The translations under genes and the position numbers were made by a program. Source: the human T2T-CHM13v2.0 reference genome, Homo sapiens. Taken from it: 64,000 nucleotides of DNA. The stretch's first letter is position 1. Every line of letters starts with the position of its first letter. This document shows positions 49,401-62,832 of this stretch, piece by piece. The stretch lies in NCBI RefSeq assembly GCF_009914755.1, contig NC_060937.1, one strand, 5' to 3'. Under the pieces are notes generated by a model. The model was not told the DNA's origin. It saw nothing but the letters and a program-made list of their open reading frames with translations, and ran no database searches.

Positions 49401-51213
49401 TACTACATTTTTAAATAGTAAAAAGTTACAAATATTACAATGCCTAAATAAGAGATCAGTTAAATAAATTATTTCATTTTTGTAATTTCTTTTCAGCCAT
49501 TAAGAATGAATATGTGTGTGTGTACTTGACCTAAATGATACCCACATATATTTTTAAATATAAACAAAATTGCAAAACATATATATAATAAATATATAAC
49601 ATATACAGAGTTTCCATTTTAGACTGAAATATATATGTGTGCACCTAAACAGAAAAAGATGCCTGGAAAAGTGTTCTTCAAATATTGATGGTGGTTATTT
49701 TAGGAAGCAGTTTTGTAGAAAACAAATTTTCATTTTAAACATTTTCTGTAGTTGCTGTTTTTGTTCAAGAAGCAAGACTTTCTTTTATAATAAAATAGCC
49801 AATATTTTTATTTTTAAAAATCTGGGTGATTTTGTGTCTAGGATGAAGCTAAGCATAACCCATTGAATAAGGACACAGAATCATGCAATTCATGTGCCGT
49901 GGAACCCCATGTTAAACTTAACAGCCCTTAGAACCATATCCTTATTCCTAAAAGAGAAGCAGCATCTGCTGAATGAATAATGCCCGCATAAATCAACCAT
50001 TTCAGAGTTCATGATCCTTGCTTAATAGAAGCAGTGCAATATTCCTAAAATCTCTGACTAGGTGTGGCAAAAGTGTGAAAGAGTACTAAAGCCGCAAGCC
50101 TGCAGTCATATCTAGATTTCAGAATTGCCAGATGCTAATTATTTTCTCGTGCTTGAAGGCCTTTACATGGAAAAACTAAGATCATCTCTTCACCGATGCT
50201 GAAATTTTGGACTTATAAGAAATAGAAACCTGCTCCTAGGAGTTTTCATGCTCTTTGCAGACTTAATTTCTTCTTTGCCACAATTTCTCAGTGACCTTTC
50301 ACAGAGGAACTCACTCAAGTGCTCACCCTCGTGTACAAATGTGAACAGATGTCTCAGCATCCTTTCTAGGTGAACCACTGTTTGTCTTTTCCAAACCTGA
50401 TGCTTCCAGGTTAGGGTCTTGAGATGACAATCAGTTGCTTCATGGGAATGAGCTCTGGCACCGACCCTGTGCCATGAGCCTAGACTAACACAAGAGGCAT
50501 CCAACCAACAGTTTTCGTGAGAGCAGTTTTGGATCTCTTGCCTGATTCCCGCCTGCCCTCTGAGCATGCACTTCATTCTTTGTTTACTCAGTTCTGCCCC
50601 TTGGCTTCCCTCCTGTTTCTGTTCCCTGTGCCTGGGCATGACTGCTGTGAACCTCAGCAGGACTCAGTATTTACTCTTCCACTCCCTCTGCTCTCAAAGC
50701 TCCAGATAACTCCCCTACAAATCCATCTGGAGCTCCGGAGGTGCACCTGTTGACTTTGCCCATTTGGCAGCCCTCCTGTCAAGCCTCTTTGGCCTCCCTG
50801 GGGCTGTTTAGACAAATAATCCCTAAGGATGCTTTCTCACAGGGTGGCCATGAGGACCTCTTGACCTCTTCCTAGCAATGTGCAAAGTAGGCAACAGTCT
50901 GCAATTGGTTCATTCATTCACGTGTTGCATGGACCATCTCTACTTCCTTCAGCTCATTTGCTCTTGTCTCCTTCCACCATTCTTTAATTACACAAGAACC
51001 CCAGTTCTTTGAGTTTACCACTTCCTTACCCATTACTGTTTCAAATTCTTTCCTCCCTTACTAACATTCTCAATTCTCTGATTGCTTTCCTTCTATAGTA
51101 ATTCATGATAAATTACTGATTACATTCATCCTCCAACCTTGGTGAACCCAGCTACCCAACCCAAGTATCCAGCTCCTCTGCACTTTCACCCATTAGAAGT
51201 TAAAATTTCCCTG

Positions 51214-51546
<333 letters not shown>

Positions 51547-52579
51547 TTCCTTGGGAACATTGTATACCACGTGGAAGGTTTCACTGAAATTTCATGACCA
51601 CAGACCCATGTGAGCACTCGACACTCCCTCATGGTTCTACCATATTTTCCAAGATCTTTGTGACTTTTCAACTCTTCTTGAAACCCTGTATCTGGCCCCC
51701 TCTACTTCCCTCTCTTAGCCACTGCCCTTGACTTGCAAACAATCAGATGGGAAATCCCTCATCTTTCCGCTACCAAATCAACACACCTATCTGCGTCTAC
51801 ATCCGGATTCTGCCCTTTCTCTCCTGTCACCAGAGTGAGACACCGGTGCTATTTTTGAGAGGCAAATGCCTTCTTTCATGATCTGCACCACCTTTCCTCA
51901 CTCACCTGCACCAGGTCTTTATTTCGGGAGTTACCCTGCCTCTCTGCTCTGCACCATCCATTTCTCCCTCTTTGCTGGCTCAGTCCCATGGGCACTCAAG
52001 CAAGCTGTATTGTTTCACTTCTTTAAAAGGATCTTTTAGTGACCTTCATTCTAAAGGATCTTTTATTGACCTTTATTCTCTTCTGGCTACAGCACCGTTC
52101 TCGGCTCTGTTTTCACAGTAAGACGTCTGGAAAAAGTTGTCTACATTTATTGCTGTCTCTCACATGCTATTTACTTTTCACAATGTGAGATGTATTGTGA
52201 AATAGGTCATGCATTCGAGGGCATATAAAACATATATAAATATATATTTCTTTATATATTACATATATAAATGTATAGAGGTATTCAAAAATCTATGTCT
52301 AAAATAGTAACATAAAATGTTGCCAGCCCCTAGGAGTCCCCCAAGTGATACTTCTAAATCATATACTGTGGCCTGCCCCCACAGATATAAACACTTTCCC
52401 AAACTTTGTGATAATCATCCCAATACTTTCTAGTTTCTTTCCTTCCTTCTCTCTGTCTCTGTCTCTATCTCTCTCTCTCTGTCTCTTTTTTGATCCTAGA
52501 GTTTAATAAAAATAATGAGCTTTAACAGAGCAAGGGCACCTAGGCCAGCCAGAGGAGGGAAGTTGAGTTGTAGTTTCAT

Positions 52580-52762
52580 TCAAGGGGGAGAAAGGGAGAG
52601 AAAAAGAGGTGGGGAGAGAGGAATTGAGTGAGTGAGTGTGAGAGAGGAGGTGAGAGGAGAGAAAGAAAAAAAAGGGAGAAAAGGGAAAGACAGAGAAAGA
52701 AGAAGGAGAAGGAGGAGGAGGAGGTAAAGAAAGGAGGGGAAAGAAGGAAAGAGGGAAGGAGA
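52580..52762. repeat. GA-rich polypurine low-complexity tract
   Basis: Almost pure purine run; a CT-rich tract lies nearby at 52435-52490. Confidence 0.9.
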
Positions 52763-53448
52763 GCCTCAGGCTTTCTTTATAGTTTTCCCAAATTTATATG
52801 TCTCCCTAAACTACACATATTTTTTGTCTGTTTGGTAAAACATATTATTGTGTCCATTATAATATTAGACTTGTGTTTTGTTTTTGAGTTTTGCTTTTTT
52901 TGCTCAACATTATGGGATTGGGATTCTAACATGTTGATATGTGTATCTTAATTATGTTCAATGTATAGTATGGCATTATATGAATATATCCAGATTATTT
53001 ATCTTTCCTATAGTTGAAGGATATTTGGGTTGTTTCCAGCTTTTTCCTTTTTATTTATTAATATAAGTAATGCTTCTATGAATGTTATTTTATATATCAT
53101 ATGTGTAAGAGATTATCTAGAAATGGAATTGCTGCCTTATAAGATTGTACATTTTCAGTCTAACTATAATTGCTAATTTTTTCTTTAAGAAAGTTATACT
53201 ATTTTACACTGTTCAAACATTCTATGAGCATTTCCATTACTTGACCTGCTTGATAACCTTAGTATAATCAGATTTTTAACTTTTTCAACTTTTGGACATG
53301 AAAAGCTGGTTCATTATGGTTCTAATGAGGGTTTCCTATATTGTTATTAAGGCTAAATATCTTTCATATGTTTATTGATCATTTGGATTTCCTCTTCTGT
53401 AAAATTCCACCTTACATCTTTTTGATTGTTTTTCTTATTGAGGGATGG

Positions 53449-53843
53449 TGTCAGAGGCATGTGAACCAGAGCAACTCCATGTTGAATAGGAGCTAGGTAA
53501 AAAAAGGCTGAGACCTATTGGGCTGCATTCCCAGATGGTTAAAGCATTCTAACTTACAGGATGAGATAGGAGGTCAGCACAAAATCCAGGTCATAAAGAC
53601 CTTGCTGATAAAACAGCTTGCAGTAAAGAAGATGGCCAAACCCCACCAAAACCAAGATGGCGACCAGAGTGACCCCTGGTGGTCCTTACTGCTACACTCC
53701 CACCAGCACCATGACAGTTTACGAATGCCATAGCAACATCAGGAAGTTATCCTATATGGTCTAAAAGGGGGAGGCATGAATAATCTACCCCTTGTTTAGC
53801 ATATCATCAATAAATAACCATAAAAATGGGCAAGCAGCAGCCC
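53449..53843 (+). mobile_element. MER41A-like ERV1 LTR, 3'-truncated
   Basis: tgtcagaggcatgtgaaccagagcaactccat...accaagatggcgacc...aaaatgggcaagcagcagccc, then homology is lost abruptly. Confidence 0.9.
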
Positions 53844-54501
53844 ATTTATATACTCCCAATATATTCCAATTTATCAATCTTATCTTTTATGATAAATGGT
53901 TTAGCGTCTTGTTTTAGAAAATTCTTTGCTACCTCAAGGTCACAAGTATCTTCCACATTTCTCTTAATGTTTCAAAATTTTGCCTTTCACATCTAAGCTT
54001 TATCAATTAACTATAAATGTTCCAGTTAAAAATGCAAAGATTGGAATTTTAGACATCTAATTATCTACTGAAATTATCAACATCTAAAATGAATCAATAT
54101 CTTTGTTCTCCACCTGGAAAATTTAAGGATGTAGAAAACTCAGTCATTCTTTAGGTTCTCTTTCCAACTGTCATGAGTACTTTTGACTTACATCACCAAT
54201 TTCCTACTCACTTACTTACTACTCTTTAGCTCTTTACTTATTCTTTTATCTCAGACATTCCATCTGAATCACTCTTTCTTCCACCTTTAGGCTTTTCTAT
54301 CGTGAGGATCTGAGAATGGAAAATCCTTAATCTTTTTCTGAAAATGTTTTTATTTTACCCTTGTTCTCAAAAGACATTTTTACTGGTCTACAGTTTTAGG
54401 TTGACAGTATCTTTCTTCAATCCTGGTCTCCATTATTGCCATTAAGAAATCATCTGGAAATCCAATAGCCACTCTATTAAAGACAATCTGTCTTTTTTCA
54501 C

Positions 54502-57020
54502 ATCATGATTTTATATATAAAAAACCATAAAGACTCCACCAAAAAACTGTTAGAACTAATAAATGAATTCAGTAAAGTTGCAGGATACAAGTCAACATAC
54601 AGAAATCAGCAGTGTTTCCGTATTCTAACAACGAATTATCTGATATGGTTTGGCTCTGTGTCCCCACCCAAATCTCATGTCGAATTGTAATCCCCACATG
54701 TCAGGGGAGGGACCTGGTGGGAGGGGATGGGATCATGGATGTGGTTTCCCCCACGCTGTTTTCGTGATAGTGAGTGAGTTCTCATGAGATCTGGTTGTTT
54801 GAAAATGTGTGGCACTTTCACCCTCTCGTTCTCTCTCTCCTTCCCTGGCCGTGTAAGATGTGTGTGCTTCCTCTTAGCCTTCCACCATAATTGTTAAGTT
54901 TTCCTGAGGCCTCCCAGCCATGCTTCTGTACAACCTATAGAACTGTGAGTCCATAAAACCTCTTTTCTTCATAAGCTACCCAGTCTCAGGTAATTCTTTA
55001 CAGTAGTGTGAAAATGGACTAATATACTATTTTAAAAAGTAATAAAGAAGACAATCTCATTTACAATAGCAACCAAAAAAAAAAAAAGGCCAATTTAGGA
55101 TAAATTTAACCAAAAGGTGAAAGACCTTTACATTGAAAACTATAAAACATTGCTGAAAAAAATTGAAGACACAAATAAATTTAAGATATCCTATATTCAC
55201 AGATTGGAAGAATTAATATTGTTAAAGTATCCATACTAATCCAAAGTGATGTACAAATTCAGTGCAATCCCTACCAAAATTCCAATGAAATTTTTCACAG
55301 AAATAGGAAAAGCATCCTAAAATTTGTGTGGAACCACAAAATAGCCAAAGCAATCTTGAGCAAATGAACAAAGCTGGAGGCCACACTACCTGATTCAAAG
55401 TATATTTCAAAGCTATAGTAATCAATACAGCAAGATACTGACATAAAAACAGACACATAGGCCAGTGGATCAGAATGGAGAGCCCAGAAATAAATCTATC
55501 CATTTACGGTGAGCTAGTTTTCAACCAAAGCACCAAGAAGACATAATGGCGAAAAGACAGTCTTGTCAACAAATGGTATTGGGAAAACTGGATATCCACA
55601 TGCAGAAGAATAAAACTGGACCCTTATCTTACACTGTATAAAAAATAATCTCAAATGAATTAAAGACTTAAATGTATGACCTGAAATCTTAAAGCAACTA
55701 GAAAAAAATATAAAGAAAAAACTTTTTATATTGGGCTAGGCAATGATTTTTTTGATATGACCCAAAAAGCACAGACAACAGAAGCAAAAATAGACAAATG
55801 GGGCTGCATCAAACTAAAACGTTTCTGCATAGCAAAGGAGACAGTCAACAGAGTGCAGAGATCACTTACAGGAGGGGAGAAAATGTTTGCAAAGCATCTG
55901 TCTGATAAGGGATTAGTATCCAAAACATACATGGAACACAAACAATTCGATAGCAAAAAAACAAATAACCCAATTACAAAAATGGGCAAAGGACCTGAAT
56001 AGACATTTCTCAAAAGAAGACATACAAATGGCCAACAGATATATGAAGTGGTGCTCAACATCAGAATCACTAGGGAAATGCACATCATAACCACAGTGAG
56101 ATATCACCTCATATCTATTAGAATGGCTACTATAAAAAAGACAAAAAACAACAAGTGTTAGTGAGGATGCAAAGAAAAGAGACCCTTTGTACACCATTGG
56201 TGGGAATGTAAGTTAGCACAGCCTTTACCAATTAAGAGTGTGTGGTTACCTGGAGAACAGTATGGCGGTTCCTAAAAAGTTAAAAGGAGAACTGCCATGT
56301 GATTCAGCAATCCTCAATACTTGATATGTACCCAAAGAAAATAAAATCAGTATGTTGAAGAGGTATTTCATTCCCATGTTCATTGCAGCATTATTCTCAA
56401 CAGTCAAGGTATAGAATAGTCCCAACTGTCAATTGACAGATGAAGAAATAAAGGAAATGTAACATATTAATATATAGTATAGTACATACTAAACAGAATG
56501 CTATTCAGTCTTAAAAAAAAAAAGAAGGAAATTCTGCCATTTGTGACAACATGGATGAACCTGGAGGACATTATGTTAAATGAAATAAGCCAGGCCCAGA
56601 AGGACAAAGAAATTGCATAGTCTCACTCATATGTGGAATCTAAAAGATTCTAACTCACAGAGGCAGAGGTAGAATGGTGCTTGCCAGAGGCTGGAGAATG
56701 GGGGAAATGGGGAGATGTTGGTCAAAGGGTATACACTTTCAAGTAAGGCAGGATGAATAAGCTCTAAAGAGCTAACATACTGCTTGGAGATTATTGTTAA
56801 TACTGTACGATATACTTGAAATTTGCTAAGAGAGTAGATCTTAAATGTTACCCATCCCCCCGCCCACACACAATAACTATGTGAGGTGATGGATATATTA
56901 ACCAGCTGATTTGTGGTGATCGTTTCACCATGCACATATACATGAAAGCATCACTTCGTACTCTGTAATATAAACAATTTTTATTTGTCAATTATGCTTC
57001 AACAAAGCTAGAAAAAATAA
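54502..57020 (+). mobile_element. L1MA-type LINE 3' portion (ORF2 remnant + 3' UTR) interrupted by MSTA
   Basis: ORF2p-like peptides MILYIKNHKDSTKKLLELINEFSKVAGYK and KIDKWGCIKLKRFCIAKET; 3' end tgtcaattatgcttcaacaaagctagaaaaaa. Confidence 0.9.
54641..55026 (+). mobile_element. MSTA-like solo LTR
   Basis: tgatatggtttggctctgtgtccccacccaaatctcatgtcg...ggactaatata. Confidence 0.9.
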
Positions 57021-58388
57021 TGTATTTTTATTCTGGTTCCTCTTAAAAAATTGCTTTCTTATTGTCATTGGCATTTTTCAGCTTCACTGTGATGTGTCTG
57101 GGTTTTTTGTCTGTGATGTGGATAGATTTTTTTTTTGTCCTGTTTGGCATTTATTGAGTACTTGAGTATATGTACTGATGACTTTATGGAAAATTCTTGG
57201 TATCTCTTCAAATATTGCTTGTTCTTCAGGTTCTCTCTTCACCACAAACACCAATTATGCATATATTAATATTAATTTTCTCAATGTGCTTTCCATTTCT
57301 CTTTACTTATCTTTCATATTTTACAAGAAATGATTGACGAAGAGGTACTCTGAGCTAAATTGAGAAGGGCTATGGGCGTTTCAGAAGGAAGACTGTGTGG
57401 TTTCCTGGGAAAGCTGAGAAGAAAAACCACATAGGCTGCTGCTCAGGGAGTGATTGGGGAGGTACGATGTAAGGATGGTGACATGGGCAGAGAGAAGATT
57501 GTGTAGCATCTTCAGCCAACAGGCAGCGGGAAACCATTGTAGGGTTTAGGATGAAGGTGAAGGAATCAGATGTGTGTATTAAAAAAATCACCTGGGCCCT
57601 CGTGTAGAGAATGGATGGAAGAGGGCCAAACACGATGTCAGGAGACTAATTAAGAGGCTGTTGTAGTGTCCAGGCTTGTGCTGACATGATGGTAGCCAAG
57701 ACACAGAAGCAGCTGGAATGAGAGATACTTAGGAGACAAAAATCAACAGAACTTCATGTTGTGGAATTATGGCTTCTAAAATCAGAAAGAAATAGAAATA
57801 AAGGACATGCTGTGATACAGAAAGAATAAGAGACATCATTGTTTTCAGACTGTATGCCTAGGGAATCTCAAATCATCAACTGAAAAGCTAGAATTAGTAA
57901 AATTATTTATTTAATAACTGTCACTTTCCCTATTCCATTTATTTTCTCACTCTCTTTTCTCTCCTCAAACCTCCCACGTCTTTTCTCACTTTCTCAATGT
58001 CCCAGCATCTCACTCTCCACCAGGGATGTGCTTTTAATTTCAGAGAAAAGCTAAAAGCAATCAGAAGAGACTCCTCACATGCTCCCACCACAGTACCTTC
58101 CCCCATTTATGTGCACATATTCCCTTGTGATCCATCTTTTCTCATGTTGCTAGAAGTAAGCTGTCCTCACTAAGGCCAAGCTCCCTGTGTGTGAACTGGC
58201 TTCTACTCCTTCTACTGCCTCAATTCTCTGTCTCCCTCAGCCTCACCACTTTTCCACTCTATTAGTTGATCTATATCAACACAGGAACATGAGCTAATTA
58301 TTTCCTTTTTACAAAGACTCACTTGACCCCATGTATGTATCCAATTACACTTCCCCATTTCCCTGCTTCCATTTGCAGCATCACTGAT

Positions 58389-58750
58389 TCATATGGTTTG
58401 GCTCTGTGTCCCCACCCAAATCTCATCTTGAATTGTAATCCCCTCAGCATGTTGAGAGGGGGAGGTGATTGGATCATGGGGGCAGTTCCCGCATGCTGTT
58501 ATTCTGATAGTGAGTGAGTTCTCACGAGATCTGATGGTTTTATAAGCATCTGACATTTCCCCGGTTGCACTTCTGTCTCCTGCTGCCATGTAAAGAAGGT
58601 TCTTGCTTCCCATTGGCCTTCTGCCATGACTGTAAGTTTCTTGAGGCCTCCTCAGCTTTGTGGAGCTATGAGCCAATTAAAACTCTTTCCTTTATAAATT
58701 ACCCAGTGTCCGGTAGTATCATTATAGCAGTGTGAGAATGGACTAATACA
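58389..58750 (+). mobile_element. THE1D/MSTA solo LTR within L2
   Basis: tcatatggtttggctctgtgtcc...gactaataca; TSD CTGAT. Confidence 0.9.
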
Positions 58751-58869
58751 CTGATCAAAAGACTTGTCTACACTCACTGTCTACAATTTCTCCCTTCCCA
58801 CTCTCTCTTAGACACACTCAATAGGTACGTTCCCACCTCATCACTGAACCTGATTTGATGAAGGTCATA

Positions 58870-59133
58870 AGTGACAACCAGTTGCAAAATCCTTGTGGGT
58901 GAAAGTCCATGACTGAATGACACAAGGATGTAAACATTGCCCCCTTGCAACAAGGTGCAGTGAGCCTCCCTGCAGGTTCAGACTGAAGCTCATCTCCAGT
59001 TGAAATCATGCACATTCTTACTGAGCTTTGCCTCCTGCCCTACCCTGTTGCCTGCACATCCCTGATGACTCTCAATGAATCACTTACAAACATCCTCTCT
59101 CAGGCTCTACTTCTAGGCAGCCAACTCCAGACA
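58870..59133 (+). mobile_element. LTR16-like ERVL LTR 3' part
   Basis: ctgaagctcatctccag...caatgaatcactt...tctcaggctctacttctagg...agaca. Confidence 0.55.
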
Positions 59134-59988
59134 GTTGCTCTGTGCCTCATCACTGGGTGTTCAGAGAAAAACTTTTCATATCTGTGTCCAAATTTAAACC
59201 ATCTTAACTTAGTAATGAACCTTTATCAAGATCCCAGTCTATCACATCTGGAATTTTTGGAGGTAGTTAAGAAGTTCTACTTAGGTCTTTCTGTGTCCCT
59301 GACCTAGTTAGGAACGTAATTTCACTCAGATGAGGATATCTTGCTTAGAATTATAATCAACCCCTCACACAGTTTCCAATAATTAACACAGAACTGGCAC
59401 ACAGAAGGTATTCAAGAAATGCTTTTGAATGAAGGAATCATTGCATTTAGCCTTCTCTCGGACTTTGACCATTTGCCTTGTGTTGTTGCTTTTAGTGTCT
59501 TTGCCCTGTAGAATCTGAAGCTTGGAGAAGATGCTGACTTCTGCTTCCATACAAGCAGTACATACATGAAAAAGGCAAAGCTTCTCTTCTAAAGCAAGCA
59601 AACAAACAAAAAAGCTTGTTGAGAATGGACAAATGATCTAGCTCAGATGTCCTCACAATCAGTCTCTTAGCAAAAAATCAGTTCATGAAGTCAGAGAACC
59701 TCATGGTGGTAGGAATTGTGATGGGATTTATTCCAGTCAGTTCTTGTTCTAATGCTCCCATCATGTGATGAGGTAGCATAAGTGAGAACACAACTCGGGC
59801 ATGCAATTAGGTTTTTTAAACCCATTTCCTGGGAATTCTTGTTTATCTTGGACAGTAGAAGATTCTGAGGGGTAAACATGTTTTCTTTCCTATTCTTGTA
59901 TCATTATGCCTTCTAATTTCCATTCATTAGTCTAAATTCTATCAACTGGGGCAACATTGAGCAAATATAATTTTCTTTCACAGGATGA

Positions 59989-60525
59989 TGTGATGGTTAA
60001 TATTAAGTGTCAACTTGATTGGATTGAAGGATGCAAAATATTGTTCTAGGTGTGTCTGTGAGGGTGTCGCCAAAGGAGATTAACATTGGAGTCAGTGGAC
60101 TGGGAGAGGGAGACCCACCCTCAATGTTGGTAGGCACCATCTAATCAACTGCCAGTGCAGCTAGAATAAAGCAGGCAGAAGGTGGGAGAAGATGACTTGC
60201 TGAGTCTTCTGGCCTCCATCTTTCTCTCATGTTCGATGCTTCCTGTCCTCGAACATCAGAACCCAAGTTCTTCAGCTTTTGGACTCTTGGACTTACACCA
60301 GTGGTTTGCCAGGGGCTCTCGGGCCTTCAGCCACAGACTGAAGGCTGCACTGTCGGCTTCCCTACTTTTGGGATTTTGGGAGTTGGACTGGCTTTCTTGC
60401 TCCTCAGCTTGCCTATTGTGGGACTTCAACTTGTGTTTGTGTGAGTCAATACTCCTTAACAAACTCTCCTTTATATATTCATCTATTATATTAGTTCTGT
60501 CCCTCTGGAGAATCGGTCTAATGTA
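59989..60525 (+). mobile_element. MLT2A-like (HERV-L) solo LTR
   Basis: tgtgatggttaatattaagtgtcaacttgattggattgaaggatgcaaa...ttagttctgtccctctggagaa; TSD gatga/gatgg. Confidence 0.92.
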
Positions 60526-60960
60526 GATGGCCTTTCAGATATTTGAAAATAATTATCCTACTCCCTCTGAGTTTCTTTAATACGTATTTTTCTGTTTTTA
60601 TCAAAATCTAACCCCTCTAATGTGTTCAGGTTCCCACCTCTTCTGGCTTCTCAAGGACTTCTCTTTCCTGTCTCTACCTCATTTTGTCAATCTCTCTCTC
60701 TCTCAAATACATTATCCTATTAGAACTATCCATCATCTAGGATAGTATTCTACAACTCTGCCAGATTCAACATCCCCCTTTTTAAAACAAATATTTTTGC
60801 TCCTTTCTTTCCCTCCAAAATGAAATTTGTTGACATTATATCTTACACACCTGGTAAAAATATGAATAAAATGCCTTAGCCATAATAAAATGGAGAAATA
60901 AAAGGTATGCAACATGTAATAGGATAATACGTTTTAATACGTAAATGCTTGGAACATGAG

Positions 60961-61490
60961 GTTAGTAGTTTCTGAAATGGCTCCCAGTTATCCCTTTGTG
61001 CCATTCCCTGCCTTTGAGAGTGGGTTAGACCTAACTTGCTTCTGATGAAGAGGGTACAGCAAAAGTGATGGCATGTCCCTTCCTTGATTGCATTATAAAA
61101 GCTGTGACTTCCATCCTCTCTCTCTACTCCCCCCACACACCCTGTTTTCTCTCTGGCTCTCCTTGCTATTCTGATAAGGGAAGCTGCCAGATAGAGAGGC
61201 CTATGTTGAAACAAACTCTGTGCAACCTCGGGCACATTGCCAGGGAGGATCTGAGGCCTTCAGTCCCAAAGTCTGCAAGAAACAGAATCCTGCCAACAGC
61301 CACATGTGTGAGCTTAGACATGGATCCATCCCCAGTTGATTGCACCTTTTATCAGAGCCCCTGAGCCAGAGAAACCAGCTGAGCTGTACCTGAATTCCTG
61401 ACCTACAGAAACTGAGATAGTAAATTTTGTTGTTTTAAACCACCAAATCCTTTAAGATAATTTGTTACTCAGCAACAGATAACTAATATA
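60961..61490 (+). mobile_element. MLT1E/F-like LTR
   Basis: aatggctcccag...gtgggttagacctaacttgcttctg...cctgacctacagaaactgagata...gcaacagataactaata. Confidence 0.75.
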
Positions 61491-62101
61491 ATCCACAATG
61501 AAGAAGTGAGATGCTTGCATCTACTCTTAGAGAATTATTTGGATATGAGAGGCGTAAGATCAGAAATCATTCTCAACAGAAAGTTCAGGGCAGAGAAAGA
61601 GCAGAGAGCCAAGTAGACCCTGGATTAAAAGCCAAGGTTAGGTTAAAACTAGTTTTAGGATAACCAGAGTTATTCCAATATTTATTTTAAAAAATCATCC
61701 CTTCTACAGCCAAACAATCTTCATGGCATTTATTCTAAGTTAAAAATCTTAACTAAGAATAAGATCCTTGATGCTTTAGTTCCCTGGATGAACACTGTGA
61801 TTTGTTTATAGAACCTACATGTCTTCCTTGACAAATGCTATGATATTAAAAAATGTATATCCTCAATGCCCTTTTAAACAGTGTTTCCCCCCTCAAATGT
61901 GTGAAGTTTTGATGATAACTCCACTCTTTCCTTCTCTGCTCAGCCTCAGGATGTTCCATCTGCCCTACTTGAATGCCTGAAGCCCTTCTTTCTCCAATGA
62001 CCCTGAGGAAAATCTTGAAGGCGTTTCTTAGTCTGTGGATTTTTTCTCCACAAGGGTATAAAATAAGAAGATGAGGGAAATAACCTTAACTGAATACATG
62101 G

Positions 62102-62436
62102 TGATATGGTTTGTCTGTGTCTCCACCCAAATCTCATCTGGAATTGTAGCTCTCATAATTGGGAGATAATTGAATCATGGGGGCAGTTTTCCCCACACTG
62201 TTGTCTTGGTAGTGAATAAGTCTCATGAGATCTGATGATTTTATAAGCGGTTTCCCCTTTCACTTGGCTCTCATTCTCTCTTGCTACCACCATGTAAGAC
62301 GTGCCTTTCACTTTCCACCATGATTGTGAGGCCTCCCCAGCCACGTAGAACTGTGAGTCTATTAAACCTCTTTTTCTTTATAAATTACCCAGTCTCGGGT
62401 GTGTCTTTATCAGCTGCATGGAAACGGACTAATACA
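62102..62436 (+). mobile_element. THE1B/C solo LTR with small U3 deletion
   Basis: tgatatggtttgtctgtgtctccacccaaatctc...ggactaataca; TSD catgg/catga. Confidence 0.9.
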
Positions 62437-62459
62437 CATGAATAGCACGTCAAGACAAA

Positions 62460-62832
62460 TGTTACAGACTGAATGTTTTGTTTGGACCTAAATTCCTGTG
62501 CTGAAGCCCTGACAGCCAATGTGACCGTATTTGGAGTTGGGGACCATAAGGAGGGAACAGGGGTTAAAAATGGTCAAGATCCATGAGGCTTAGAGAGACT
62601 AGAGAGCTCTCCCTCCTCTCCCAACCCAGGTGCACACAAGCAAGAGATCATATGAGCACTCAGTGAAACGGCTGCTCCTACAAGCCAAGAAAAGAGGTCT
62701 TAGAATAAAACCTAATTTACTGGCACCTTGATCTTGGACTTCCAGCCTCAACAACTGTGGGAAATACATTTCTTTTGTTTAAGTCACCCAGTCTGTGATT
62801 TTTTTTAATAGCAATTTGAGCAGACTAAGACA
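62460..62832 (+). mobile_element. MLT1A/B-like LTR
   Basis: tgttacagactgaatgtt...ggcaccttgatcttggacttccagcctc...cagactaagaca. Confidence 0.8.

Noticed and set aside
52628-52951. 107-aa Glu/Arg/Lys-rich ORF superficially like ARGLU1
   Set aside because: Arises from GA low-complexity sequence with a GTG start; no real homology.
53449-53843. MER41 as an interferon-inducible STAT1 enhancer
   Set aside because: Looks like the MER41A type; I see no tandem TTCNNNGAA GAS motifs (only TTCCCAGAT), and the copy is truncated.
54505-56200. ORFs resembling reverse-transcriptase-associated protein
   Set aside because: Decayed L1 ORF2 remnants in a 5'-truncated, LTR-interrupted copy.
62332-62344. PRDM9 hotspot motif in a THE1 LTR
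   Set aside because: The sequence is CCTCCCCAGCCAC, lacking the T at position 7 of CCNCCNTNNCCNC.
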